Counted from the stretch's first letter, positions 17,191 to 26,830 are shown. The stretch: 64,000 bases of DNA from Candidatus Magasanikiibacteriota bacterium (GCA_041665025.1 JBAYJP010000005.1:11056-75055), one strand, 5' to 3'. Made by a program: numbers and translations. Notes: generated from the letters alone by a model not told the origin.

Positions 17191-17688
17191 TCATGTTTGT
17201 TTATATGCTTCTTGTAATTTTTTGATATCAATTTTTTTCATTTGGAGCATGGCTTGCATAACTCTGCCTGCTTTTTCTTTATCCTTATCTTGCAACATGT
17301 CGCCAAGAATAGTCGGGGTAACCTGCCATGATAGGCCGTACTTATCTTTGAGCCATCCACACTGCTCTGATTCTTTTACTGCGGAAAGTTTTTCCCAATA
17401 ATAATCTACCTCCTCTTGGTCTTTGCAAGCAATCATAAACGATACTGCCTCACTAAGTTTGAAAATGGGTCCGCCGTTTAGGGCAACGAATGTTTGTCCA
17501 TTTAGTTCAAATTCAACGGTTAAGACAGATCCTGCTGGTTGGCCAGAAACTTCAGCTGAGGATTCGTCATAATAGGAAATTTGTTTGATTTTTGATTGGT
17601 TATCTCGCGCAGAAAATATAGATACATAGAATGTGGCCGCTTCTTCTGCTTGGTTATGAAACCAGAGATGAGGAATTATGTTTTGCAT
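17191..17688 (-). CDS. VOC/PhnB-like protein
   Basis: IPHLWFHNQAEEAATFY...GQTFVALNGGP...CGWLKDKYGLSWQV. Confidence 0.6.
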   Translation of the reverse strand: MQNIIPHLWFHNQAEEAATFYVSIFSARDNQSKIKQISYYDESSAEVSGQPAGSVLTVEFELNGQTFVALNGGPIFKLSEAVSFMIACKDQEEVDYYWEKLSAVKESEQCGWLKDKYGLSWQVTPTILGDMLQDKDKEKAGRVMQAMLQMKKIDIKKLQEAYKQT

Positions 17689-17828
17689 ATAGTTTTAATT
17701 GTTAAACTCGAATATCGAAATTCTAAATAAATTCAAATTTTACAAATACTAATGTTCGAAATTATTTTGAACATTAAAATTTTTTGTTTGGATATTATTT
17801 TGAATTTCGTGTTTCGTATTTCGGATTT

Positions 17829-19550
17829 TTAATATACATTTATGCTTCTTGTCCCTTGAGCGATCACACTACCCTGTGCATTCTTTGCAATAAAGGTGAT
17901 ATTGTATGGTCCGGCACCTTTCCAGCCCCACAAACTCACGTCAACCAATGCTTCTTTGTGCGGATAATCTACGTTGCTATCTGCCATACTGTTTAATTGT
18001 CCGCCATCTACTTGCCAATACATAGTGTATTGGGATACGTCGAGACCTTCTACCATTGCCTTGAATGGTTGGACACCTGATGCCGTTATATCACTGCTCG
18101 GCCACCATATATTCACTGCTCCTGAAGAAGGTGGCGGAGTTGGAGGTGGCGTATTTTGGGTTACTGATATAGATGCCGTGTTTGCATTCCATAAATAATT
18201 TTGTGTCCAGTTACTATTGAATATGCCAATCACGACCGTGTATGATCCAGCTACTGTCGGCGTCCAGTTCATGTTGTATTGTTTTGTCTCACTTGCGATA
18301 AAAATTTGTTTGTCAAAAAATTGTTGGTGTATTTTAGTATTTGAACTGTCATATATCTCAACATCGATTATTGTATTGTTTATTGCGTCTCCAGTATTAG
18401 TGATACTCGCGCCAATTTGTATGGGTGTGTTTATTGTGGTCATGTTTGGTGTTGCGGAGACTGCCTGTGTAAAAGAAATTTTTGTTGGCGGGGGAGTAGG
18501 TGCCGTGCCTCCGGCGAACCATGTGCGCATGGTCGTTTCTGCTAATTTGTTTTGTGGCGTGAAGTCCATATCGCCTTGTCCGCCTGCATTTGGATTGCTA
18601 TTCCAGTCCCACAATTGTACACCAACCATGTAGTCATAATTATTCCAATATGAAAATAATGCTTCATACAGTCGTGATTGATTTCCTTCGTCAAATCCGC
18701 CTCCAGCCCAATAATTAAATGGTTCCCACTGAGCCCAGTTCATACTGCGATATCCAACTTCGGTAAACAAAATAGGTTTATTGTATGCATTACGTAAGTT
18801 TGCAATATCATTTTTATTTATGACGTCCCATTTTTGCGTATATGATTGTACTGACGTGTCGTTTGTCGTGAGGGGGAAATAGGCAGATATACCGACATAA
18901 TCCAACGCATCCCAAAATTTGATTCTATTTTTTTCATCGACCCATTGTCCTTGTGCGCCCCAGTTTGCGCTATATGTTAGTTTTCCGGAAAATACCGTCC
19001 GTGTATAGGCAATGAGGTCGCGCCAATTTTGCGTATTGCTCCCATTTGCATTGTCGGCTGACATATTGATAAGTTCTGCGCCAATGGTCATTTCTTCTAC
19101 ATTGTTTGACTGAGCCAGACTGGCATAATGGCCTAGTACTGTTTTGTAGTTGGCAAACCATCGCGCCCGATCTCCTGGATTTATATTGGCGCGCCACTGT
19201 CCGTCATCTGATTCCAAATGAATTTTTATATTTACTGCCATGCTTTTGCTATGAATATATTGAACACCGGCAGCTAGGGAACCGTCTGTGGGCGTATTCC
19301 AATCCCGGTATAAATCTGTCGTCCATACGTTTGCTTGTTTGTAGGGAATAATGAGTGTAATGTAGTTTGCATTTGCGTTTTTTGCATTGTCAATGGATTT
19401 TTTGAATGAATCGCTGCTAAAGTCTGTATTCCAGTTCGGGCGAATGGAAACACCTTTTTGCCAATTTGAAATAGCAGCCTTACTCATGAGAGGCACTGTA
19501 AGAAATATGGCAGTGATGAGTATATAAATTGTGTATTTTAGTTTGGTCAT
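17829..19550 (-). CDS. Secreted clan GH-A (TIM-barrel) glycoside hydrolase (mannanase/cellulase-like) with C-terminal Ig-like and X domains
   Basis: Start proposed at MTKLKYTIYILITAIFLTVPLMSKA (signal peptide). Candidate acid/base block IGAELIN and nucleophile block ILFTEVGY. The C-terminal X domain GVQPFKAMVEGLDVSQYTMYWQVDGGQLNSM is homologous to the N-terminal region of the GH6 protein at 7817. Confidence 0.55.
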   Translation of the reverse strand: MTKLKYTIYILITAIFLTVPLMSKAAISNWQKGVSIRPNWNTDFSSDSFKKSIDNAKNANANYITLIIPYKQANVWTTDLYRDWNTPTDGSLAAGVQYIHSKSMAVNIKIHLESDDGQWRANINPGDRARWFANYKTVLGHYASLAQSNNVEEMTIGAELINMSADNANGSNTQNWRDLIAYTRTVFSGKLTYSANWGAQGQWVDEKNRIKFWDALDYVGISAYFPLTTNDTSVQSYTQKWDVINKNDIANLRNAYNKPILFTEVGYRSMNWAQWEPFNYWAGGGFDEGNQSRLYEALFSYWNNYDYMVGVQLWDWNSNPNAGGQGDMDFTPQNKLAETTMRTWFAGGTAPTPPPTKISFTQAVSATPNMTTINTPIQIGASITNTGDAINNTIIDVEIYDSSNTKIHQQFFDKQIFIASETKQYNMNWTPTVAGSYTVVIGIFNSNWTQNYLWNANTASISVTQNTPPPTPPPSSGAVNIWWPSSDITASGVQPFKAMVEGLDVSQYTMYWQVDGGQLNSMADSNVDYPHKEALVDVSLWGWKGAGPYNITFIAKNAQGSVIAQGTRSINVY

Positions 19551-19564
19551 AAAATTTAAGTTAT

Positions 19565-19641
19565 CTAGGTTGGCTAAGTTGACTAAGTGTAAATTGTACA
19601 CATTTTTGAACTTAGGTACTTAGTTAACTTAGCCAACCTAG
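19565..19641. repeat. Perfect 16 bp inverted repeat CTAGGTTGGCTAAGTT ... AACTTAGCCAACCTAG between two genes of the polysaccharide cluster
   Basis: Arms at 19565-19580 and 19626-19641 with a 45 nt loop. Lies between the stop of the GT-C/GH8 gene and the start of the GH-A gene. Confidence 0.5.
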
Positions 19642-19650
19642 TAAACTCAG

Positions 19651-22245
19651 TTAGTTTTTCGTCAACTGTGTCTGCCACAAATTTGGCGTATTATTTGCAT
19701 ACAGCGCTGTGGCAAACCATGCCCAGTTTTGTGTGTAATAGTTTTTGTCATCGCCCCACTTGCCATTGTGGAACATAGACCAAAAATGATCGCTATATAT
19801 ATCTATTGATTTTTCCGATTGAGAAATATCGAGCGCCGAAAGTGCTCCTGCGTATGTGCTAATGTCATCAAAATTTGCCACAGGGGTTCCGTCTATTTTG
19901 TATCGAGCCTCAATAACATGATCTCTGTCCCATTGTTTGATATAAAATTTTGACACTTGCTCAAGATATGCTTTAGCTTCTGTACTTTCAAACCATTTGG
20001 CATCAAGGGCGAGCCGCCACATGAGACGGAATGCATCGTAGCCATAAATATCGGCGTCTTTTTTTACATGCTCGGCGCTTTCGTAATCTCCCAAGCTCGT
20101 AAGCAAAAACCAATTGGGCACCAGTCCAGTATTATTTTTAAATGTAGGCGATTGCTTTAGTTGAGCTAGTATCACGTACACATCTTCGGCAAGCGCATCC
20201 CAGTTATGGTTTTTATCTATCTGAGCAAATATTTTGTATGATGCCGGAGAAAAATATGATGGATTGATAAGATAACCCGTCTTTGTGTCAGCGCCAGACG
20301 TGAGATAGAGTGTACCATCTACTTCGATAACTCGATTTTCCCAAATACTGTCGAGTATTTCACGGGCGCGTTCCATATATATAGGATCTCCCCACTGCTT
20401 GTAGGCAAACAAAAGTGCAAGTGCGATATCCTCGTCCGCGTCAGTTGCAGTAGAGTAATCCAAAATTGCCTCCGTGCCAGTCGTATTTTTTCCATAGAGC
20501 CACGCGTAGAGTTTGTTACCAGGTAATTTCATGTTATCTTCGGACCAGGAAAATACGCGATCAAATGTTTTTTTGTCTCCCTGCCATACGGCACGTAATA
20601 GTGAATATGATTGTCCCTCAGAGGTTGTAATATTATCTGCTTTAGGATCAATTGTCTTTCCATCTCGCGTAATAAATTCCTTTTTGTATACTTCCCAGCT
20701 TTTCTGGATCACACCATCTTTATTATTTACTTCGCGTATTTCGACCGGGTATCCTTCATCTAAAATATCATAATTATTAAATCGTTTGATAACATGTGAA
20801 TTTTCATATGCTGTCTGCACGAGCGGCAGGGTATCATTGTAGATATTTATGGTAAGTGCTGGAGTAAATAGGAGGTAATCTATACGTTTCCAATCATTAT
20901 TTAAAACAGCGTATTGAACTTGCGGATCAGTGTCTGCTTTCCAATAATAATGTATATTTGTCTTCTCAATATCTTTGAGATTGGGATTTAAATCGACAAA
21001 TGGGTAGTTGTCAATGAGTGTTACTGAACGGGGATTCAAATTATCTTTTACCCATCCAACTGCCTGCACTTGGTTGTACGTTTGGTCAAGAGAAAAAATA
21101 TACCATTTTTGAGAAAGTTCAAAGACGAGTATCAGTGAAATGATTGAAAGTATTCCGAAACGTATAGGCATAAGTGCCACCGGATCTTTTTTCTTCACCC
21201 TTTCTATCACCTGATCTGATAGTAATGCGATACTTATAGAGAAAAGGGCCATGAGCGGTATGATATACCAGTCGAGAACTTGTCCTCTCAGTATAAAGAG
21301 TGTATAGGATAGGCTCATGAGTGCGATCAAAAAAGACCATTTTTTTCTAAATAATAGTACATGTATTATGCTTGCACCGGCTCCTAAAAATAAAAAGAAC
21401 GGCGCGTATGGTAGCCATGTGGTTTGCAATGAGTAGAGAAACGTACTGGTTGATTGCCGATTGATATGAAATCCAAGTGCCTCCATAAGGCTGACGTGGG
21501 GCTGTGTTCCTCCAAGCACTGTACCGCTTGGAAAAAATTCTCCTTTGAGGAGTGCAAATACGGGGTACATTGATATGGCAAGTGAAGCAATGCTTATCCA
21601 TACGACAATGGCAAAATGTTTATTATTTTTGTGTGCTTGCAGTGCGATAATGGCACTCATGCCGACGATAAAAGGGGCTGCGGATTCTTTGGTAAGCACG
21701 GCCATGGCAAACATTATCGCGCTTGCAATGATATATTTAAGACGCATAGGCTTGGTCAGAAGATAGAGCGACCACAAGAACCAAAACATCATAATATTAT
21801 CCAAAAGCACTCTACGATGGAGCATAACAGATAGTGGCGTTATGCTAAATAAGATTGCGGCTATGGCAGAAGGAAATTTTCGTCTTGTTATATTCCATGT
21901 TATGTTATATACAAAATACGTTGAGAAAATCTGTAATATTGCCACAAACAGTCGACCGGTATTTGCCGTCAGACCGCCCATAAAAAAGTCATTCCCCGTA
22001 AAGAAATTCCACAAGGCAATAAAGATCCACCCAAGCGGTGCGTGATCATACCAATAGGTGTATGAGGCCAGTTCGTGTTGGTTTATTACCGCCCAGGCCT
22101 GAGACATATACGTGCCCTCGTCTTCTCGATATGAAGGAAATCCAAACATGTTGGTCATATGCACAAAAGCTGACGCAAGAAGTATTGCTAGGAGTATCCA
22201 ATGTTCTTTGAGCCAGTTTGATTGTGCAATTTGTTCTTTGACCAT
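19651..22245 (-). CDS. Fusion protein: N-terminal GT-C-fold membrane glycosyltransferase (PMT/ArnT-like) plus C-terminal glycoside hydrolase family 8
   Basis: 864 aa. About 11 TM helices with a DE motif in the first loop (FPSYREDEGTYMSQAW), as in GT39/GT83. The C-terminal part has the GH8 proton-donor block TTSEGQSYSLL and the GH8 signature ATDADEDIALALLFAYKQW. Confidence 0.7.
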   Translation of the reverse strand: MVKEQIAQSNWLKEHWILLAILLASAFVHMTNMFGFPSYREDEGTYMSQAWAVINQHELASYTYWYDHAPLGWIFIALWNFFTGNDFFMGGLTANTGRLFVAILQIFSTYFVYNITWNITRRKFPSAIAAILFSITPLSVMLHRRVLLDNIMMFWFLWSLYLLTKPMRLKYIIASAIMFAMAVLTKESAAPFIVGMSAIIALQAHKNNKHFAIVVWISIASLAISMYPVFALLKGEFFPSGTVLGGTQPHVSLMEALGFHINRQSTSTFLYSLQTTWLPYAPFFLFLGAGASIIHVLLFRKKWSFLIALMSLSYTLFILRGQVLDWYIIPLMALFSISIALLSDQVIERVKKKDPVALMPIRFGILSIISLILVFELSQKWYIFSLDQTYNQVQAVGWVKDNLNPRSVTLIDNYPFVDLNPNLKDIEKTNIHYYWKADTDPQVQYAVLNNDWKRIDYLLFTPALTINIYNDTLPLVQTAYENSHVIKRFNNYDILDEGYPVEIREVNNKDGVIQKSWEVYKKEFITRDGKTIDPKADNITTSEGQSYSLLRAVWQGDKKTFDRVFSWSEDNMKLPGNKLYAWLYGKNTTGTEAILDYSTATDADEDIALALLFAYKQWGDPIYMERAREILDSIWENRVIEVDGTLYLTSGADTKTGYLINPSYFSPASYKIFAQIDKNHNWDALAEDVYVILAQLKQSPTFKNNTGLVPNWFLLTSLGDYESAEHVKKDADIYGYDAFRLMWRLALDAKWFESTEAKAYLEQVSKFYIKQWDRDHVIEARYKIDGTPVANFDDISTYAGALSALDISQSEKSIDIYSDHFWSMFHNGKWGDDKNYYTQNWAWFATALYANNTPNLWQTQLTKN

Positions 22246-22266
22246 ATGATTGAGGATTTTATTTTT

Positions 22267-24390
22267 TTATATTGACGTCGGGCTGGTTCGTTGGACTGCA
22301 CGATGTGCATTCACATGCGCTGTCTTTTCCCATGTATTTTTATGTCGCATTTCTCTCACTACTGCGCGCAGAGAAGAATAGCCGAGAATTATCTGGTAAG
22401 GTAAAAATGTGATAAGTAATTTAAACATGATCCAGCGTGGGTATTTCAAATTATATTTTTTGGTGAACTCGTATAATCCAATATTGAGAACAATAAAATT
22501 TATCACGAGCATATACAGAGGCAGTATAGACAGCAAAGTAACAAGTATGGGAAGCTTTACGGTAAATATCATGACTATCGACGCAATAATATATATGAAT
22601 AGAAATGCCTGAATTTCGGGCCAGATAAGCATGTATGCCACAAAAAATCTTTGTGAGATAAGCGGCAGGTTTTTCCATTCCTTTTTTTTAAATACTTGCA
22701 AGAATCCTTGATTCCATCTGGTACGTTGTTTGATAAAACTGCCTAATGTTTCGGGCGTTTCTTCCTGGGTCGCGTGAATTTCATCATAAATAATTCTAAT
22801 TTTTGCTCCCGCTGCGCTCAATTTGATCCCGATATCCGCATCTTCAGTGAGGCAATTCGCATCCCATCCTTCAATTTTATGCAGCCATTCACGTTTGAAA
22901 AATACGGTGTTGCCTCCGAGAGGTATGACATGACGTAGAGCAAAGAAATGGAGCACTGATTTAAACCAGAAAAAATATTCAAGAACATTTAAGGTCGAAA
23001 ACCAATTGGATCGGAAATTGATGAGCTGTACTCCAGATTGCACGACATCCGCGTCATCTCGTATCATGACGGTGTTTATCACTTGATAAATATCTGCATG
23101 CGGAGAATCCTCGGCATCAAACACACACACAATGTCGTGATGTGCGTATTCAAGGGCAAAATTAAGTTTGTCTGGTTTGTTTTTTGGTACGTAGGTAGGT
23201 ACAAGTAGCTGGATATTAGTTTTACCAAGCTCTTTAATTTTATGTTGTACAGCCTCTATCGTTTCGTGGTCATCAGATCTACATACGATAATAATCTCTG
23301 TAAGGTGTTCAGGATATTCTATCTGTGCGATTGCCTGCATAGTTTCTGCAATAACATTTTTTTCATGTAAAGCAGGTACAATGGCAGTAAATGAATAGAG
23401 CGGCGCATAAAAACTTTTTGGCGACTGATTTTGTTCAACGCGTGCAGGGTCGTCCCATGCAAACATCATGCCGGTTAGGGTAAATATACTTTGGATTACA
23501 ATAGCGACTGAGAGAAGTAGAAACAGCAAAATAAGAATATTAGATATTGTTGCAATATTGGCTGTTACGAGGTATATAGAGATTGCGGACAAAAGTATTA
23601 TGATGCCGGAGACTATATACCAGGCAAAGGGACTAAATCCAAGATATATTCGTTTAAGCCGTATGCGCAGGGCGTTATATATGAATTCAGATATATCATG
23701 GAATGACATTTTTGATTTGCCACTTGTACGTTCTTCAAAATGAATAGGCACCTCGACAATACGCGCATGGTTGCGTACTAATTCATCAAGCAATCTTATT
23801 TGAAAAGAAAAACCGCGCGCAGGAATAAAATTGAGAAACACTTTTTCAAGTGCTTCTGATTTAATTGCCTTAAATCCGCTTGTGCAGTCGTGTATGGGGT
23901 AAAGCCCCGCAAACCACCTTGCAATCAAGTTCGCAATTTTGCTATTGAGCCAGCGCATTGTAGACCACTGTGGGGGCAGACTTCCACCTTTGATATATCG
24001 AGACCCGAGTGCCACATCTGCGCCGAGTTCGAGTACCTGTAGCATAGGGGGAATATATTGTGGATTGTGAGAGAAGTCCGAATCCATTTGAATAATGGTA
24101 TCTGCCTTAAGAGCATTGAGTGCATAATTAAATCCTCGCTTATACGCAATACCCAATCCTTGTTTGTCTCCTTCAATAAGATGAATATTTTTTCGGGTCT
24201 TTCCGTATTGTTTCACAAGGTATGCCGTACCATCGGGGGAGTGGTCGTCTACTACGACAATATGTGTATCATATTTTTCATGTGGTATTAGTATTGATTT
24301 TATTTTTTTCATTAGGTCCACAATATTCCCACGTTCATTGTACGTAGGGATAATTATCGCAATAGTTTGTTTTTGTCTTGAACCGGGCAT
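22267..24390 (-). CDS. Tandem family-2 glycosyltransferase: N-terminal DPM-synthase-like GT2, TM region, then a processive beta-glycan synthase-like GT2 (D, DxD, TED, QRTRW)
   Basis: Domain 1: IIIPTYNERGNI...VVVDDHSPDGT...DSDFSH. Domain 2: IVPALHEKN...VFDAEDSP...CLTEDADIG...KQRTRWNQG. TM helices lie between the domains and after the second one. Confidence 0.7.
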   Translation of the reverse strand: MPGSRQKQTIAIIIPTYNERGNIVDLMKKIKSILIPHEKYDTHIVVVDDHSPDGTAYLVKQYGKTRKNIHLIEGDKQGLGIAYKRGFNYALNALKADTIIQMDSDFSHNPQYIPPMLQVLELGADVALGSRYIKGGSLPPQWSTMRWLNSKIANLIARWFAGLYPIHDCTSGFKAIKSEALEKVFLNFIPARGFSFQIRLLDELVRNHARIVEVPIHFEERTSGKSKMSFHDISEFIYNALRIRLKRIYLGFSPFAWYIVSGIIILLSAISIYLVTANIATISNILILLFLLLSVAIVIQSIFTLTGMMFAWDDPARVEQNQSPKSFYAPLYSFTAIVPALHEKNVIAETMQAIAQIEYPEHLTEIIIVCRSDDHETIEAVQHKIKELGKTNIQLLVPTYVPKNKPDKLNFALEYAHHDIVCVFDAEDSPHADIYQVINTVMIRDDADVVQSGVQLINFRSNWFSTLNVLEYFFWFKSVLHFFALRHVIPLGGNTVFFKREWLHKIEGWDANCLTEDADIGIKLSAAGAKIRIIYDEIHATQEETPETLGSFIKQRTRWNQGFLQVFKKKEWKNLPLISQRFFVAYMLIWPEIQAFLFIYIIASIVMIFTVKLPILVTLLSILPLYMLVINFIVLNIGLYEFTKKYNLKYPRWIMFKLLITFLPYQIILGYSSLRAVVREMRHKNTWEKTAHVNAHRAVQRTSPTSI

Positions 24391-24602
24391 ATAAGATACT
24401 GGATGATATATATCATACTAAATAAGTATGCTTTATATTCAGCATACTGCCTGCTCCTGCTCGTGTCAAATATTTTTTGCTTAATTTTATACAAACTTGT
24501 CCACAGAATTCACAATTTATACACAGTTAGTATGAATTTAAACTTGACATCAAATTTTTAGTTTATATTATACTAATATTAATAGGCCAGTTCACACGGC
24601 CG

Positions 24603-25661
24603 ATGCGAGGTAGAGACATGGTGTGGAGGGTGATACTTTCCACTATCATAGGAAAAGAAGAGGCCTCACAGTACGAAGTACTGAAAGTCTCTAATTCAGG
24701 GGTTAGTGGAACATGCGTAGTAATCGTCGCGGATCGTAGAACCGGCAAGCGGTATGCGGTCAAGTACGGTGAAAGTAAGGTTCCACTGACAGAACAGGCA
24801 CAAAACACCCGTCGGATGGCTGAGCTATTCGAGGATGTCAGAATACCTCGAATAGTTCTCTGCAGTCCTCAGCTCCTCATGATGGATGCTGTGGAAGGAG
24901 AGACATTGCAGGAAACAGTCGTGAAGGGGATTTACCCAGCTACGAGCCTCATAAAAATTTTTGAGGCAATACTTCGTGCATTTACGGCCGTGTGGAAAAA
25001 GACAGCACAGCCGTATGATGCGGGTGTGGAGCTCCGTCGTGACCCCAAAGGAAGAATTGAGCGTATATGCAGTAGCTTGTGTGAACACGTTTGTGTAGAC
25101 TTGTCTCTTTGTTCATTCAGGGAGACACCACTGTATGTCAATGGTGTACGCTGTGGTGAACTTGGAACAATGTTTCAGGAACTGACCACTGGCTACAAGC
25201 CTCCTCGCAACATAGTCGAATGTCATGGAGATCCAAATGCCGACAACATCATGATCGACAGCCACAAAGATTGGTGGCTTATCGACATGGAGTGGGCTGG
25301 CTTGCATGATTGGAGAATCATGATGAGCCAGCTCATAGGTTGGTGGATCTCGAATGCTACGTACCTCACGAATGGCACGCCTACATGTAGAGTCCGCAAT
25401 AATCGAATTGAGCTTGACTACCGCATCTCTATGCATCCCGTGGCACAGATGCTCATGGAGATAGCGTGGAGATATGCGGCAGAAGTGGCTCAATCTTTGG
25501 GTGAAGTTGACTGGGAAAGACAAATCCAGTATCAGCTCGGAACCCTCTTGCTGAGCCATGTACGGTTTGCGGAGCAAAGAAACCGCTCCGAATACCGTCT
25601 TGTTTTGCTCGGCGAGGCATTCAAGTTCCTCAACAGGGACGCCTGCCTTAGCCGGCCATAG
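24603..25661 (+). CDS. Aminoglycoside-phosphotransferase (APH)/protein-kinase-like fold phosphotransferase, moderately GC-elevated
   Basis: Catalytic loop ECHGDPNADNIMID (Brenner HGDxxxxN) and the DFG-equivalent WWLIDMEWAG. Judged by eye, about 50% GC against about 40% for the neighbours. Confidence 0.55.
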   Translation: MRGRDMVWRVILSTIIGKEEASQYEVLKVSNSGVSGTCVVIVADRRTGKRYAVKYGESKVPLTEQAQNTRRMAELFEDVRIPRIVLCSPQLLMMDAVEGETLQETVVKGIYPATSLIKIFEAILRAFTAVWKKTAQPYDAGVELRRDPKGRIERICSSLCEHVCVDLSLCSFRETPLYVNGVRCGELGTMFQELTTGYKPPRNIVECHGDPNADNIMIDSHKDWWLIDMEWAGLHDWRIMMSQLIGWWISNATYLTNGTPTCRVRNNRIELDYRISMHPVAQMLMEIAWRYAAEVAQSLGEVDWERQIQYQLGTLLLSHVRFAEQRNRSEYRLVLLGEAFKFLNRDACLSRP

Positions 25662-25703
25662 TTCTTGTGGCCGGTTTCATCATATGATATATAAAATATT
25701 TTT

Positions 25704-26690
25704 ATGACTAAAACTCTTTTGAAAAAAAATAAAAAAGACAAACAGCCTACAACAAGGGATATTAATAAACTTGTTAATTTTGTAAAAGATATATCAGGAC
25801 ATGTGAGAACTGAATTCGTTTCACATTACCAGACTGCCCAGTTGGGGATGTACAGTGGCACAATCGGCAAAGGCGGCGATTATACCAAGCAAGGCGATGC
25901 GCTGGTAGAGCAAATACTTGAGACAGCGTTTCACGAACATCTGGCATTGTACGGTATTACTAATGCGTTTATTATTTCCGAAGAACGCGGACAGTGGTTT
26001 GCAAATTCAATTTCACAGTATTCTGATGATGATATTTTTTGTATCATAGATCCACTCGATGGGTCTCATAATTTACGGCGTCATGAGACGCCCAAACCCC
26101 ATATTTCTTTTTGCATTGGATGTGGGTATGTACAGGATTTATTTTTACAGGGAAATTTTGATGCTGTCGCTGTTGGACTTGTCGAAGATATGTTCTATGC
26201 GGATCAGTATGTGGGTATTCGAGGCCACGGAAGTTTTTTAAATGGCGTGACTATACACGGTTCACCGTTAGACAAACTTGAGGACTCTGTCATAGGAATG
26301 AGTTTAGATCATAAAGGAGAAAAGCTTGGAAAGATGTTTGACTCAGGAATGATGGACATATTGAAACACACAAGTTCTCAGCGTCGTCTAGGATCAACCG
26401 CACTTGATCTATGCCAGGTCGCAACTGGTGATTATGATGCTCACGTAAGCCTAAGTGGTGGTGTGAAGATTCATGATATCGCTGCAGCCCAACTTATCCT
26501 GCGCGAAGCAGGCTGTGTTATTTCGCTGAGAGAGGACAATTCGTCGTGGAGGAAAATAGATGATGTGGTTTCCCTGCTAAAAGACTATGTGCATGGTGGA
26601 GATGCAAGTGTTAGTTCTATGAAATTTCAACTTGTGGCATCAGGAAATAAGGATATTCATCAAAAAGTCATCAGTTTAATAGAAGCCTAA
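25704..26690 (+). CDS. Inositol monophosphatase / fructose-1,6-bisphosphatase family protein
   Basis: FIISEERG, IIDPLDGSHN and KIHDIAAAQLILREAG motifs. Confidence 0.7.
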   Translation: MTKTLLKKNKKDKQPTTRDINKLVNFVKDISGHVRTEFVSHYQTAQLGMYSGTIGKGGDYTKQGDALVEQILETAFHEHLALYGITNAFIISEERGQWFANSISQYSDDDIFCIIDPLDGSHNLRRHETPKPHISFCIGCGYVQDLFLQGNFDAVAVGLVEDMFYADQYVGIRGHGSFLNGVTIHGSPLDKLEDSVIGMSLDHKGEKLGKMFDSGMMDILKHTSSQRRLGSTALDLCQVATGDYDAHVSLSGGVKIHDIAAAQLILREAGCVISLREDNSSWRKIDDVVSLLKDYVHGGDASVSSMKFQLVASGNKDIHQKVISLIEA

Positions 26691-26736
26691 AAAACGAGTT
26701 TTCCACAGGAACTGTAGAAAAATATTTGACCCCAGA

Positions 26737-26800
26737 CACAAATAGGCAGGCTTACTTTTGTTTCACCTGTCCTATTTGTAGTGGGGCAGGCATTTTTTTA
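26737..26800 (+). terminator. Imperfect 21 bp palindrome (ccccagacacaaataggcagg ... cctgtcctatttgtagtgggg) followed by a T-run
   Basis: Follows the stop of the IMPase gene; ATTTTTTAG lies after the right arm. Confidence 0.4.
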
Positions 26801-26830
26801 GTCACGTGTGGATAACTGTCGAAAAATAAT

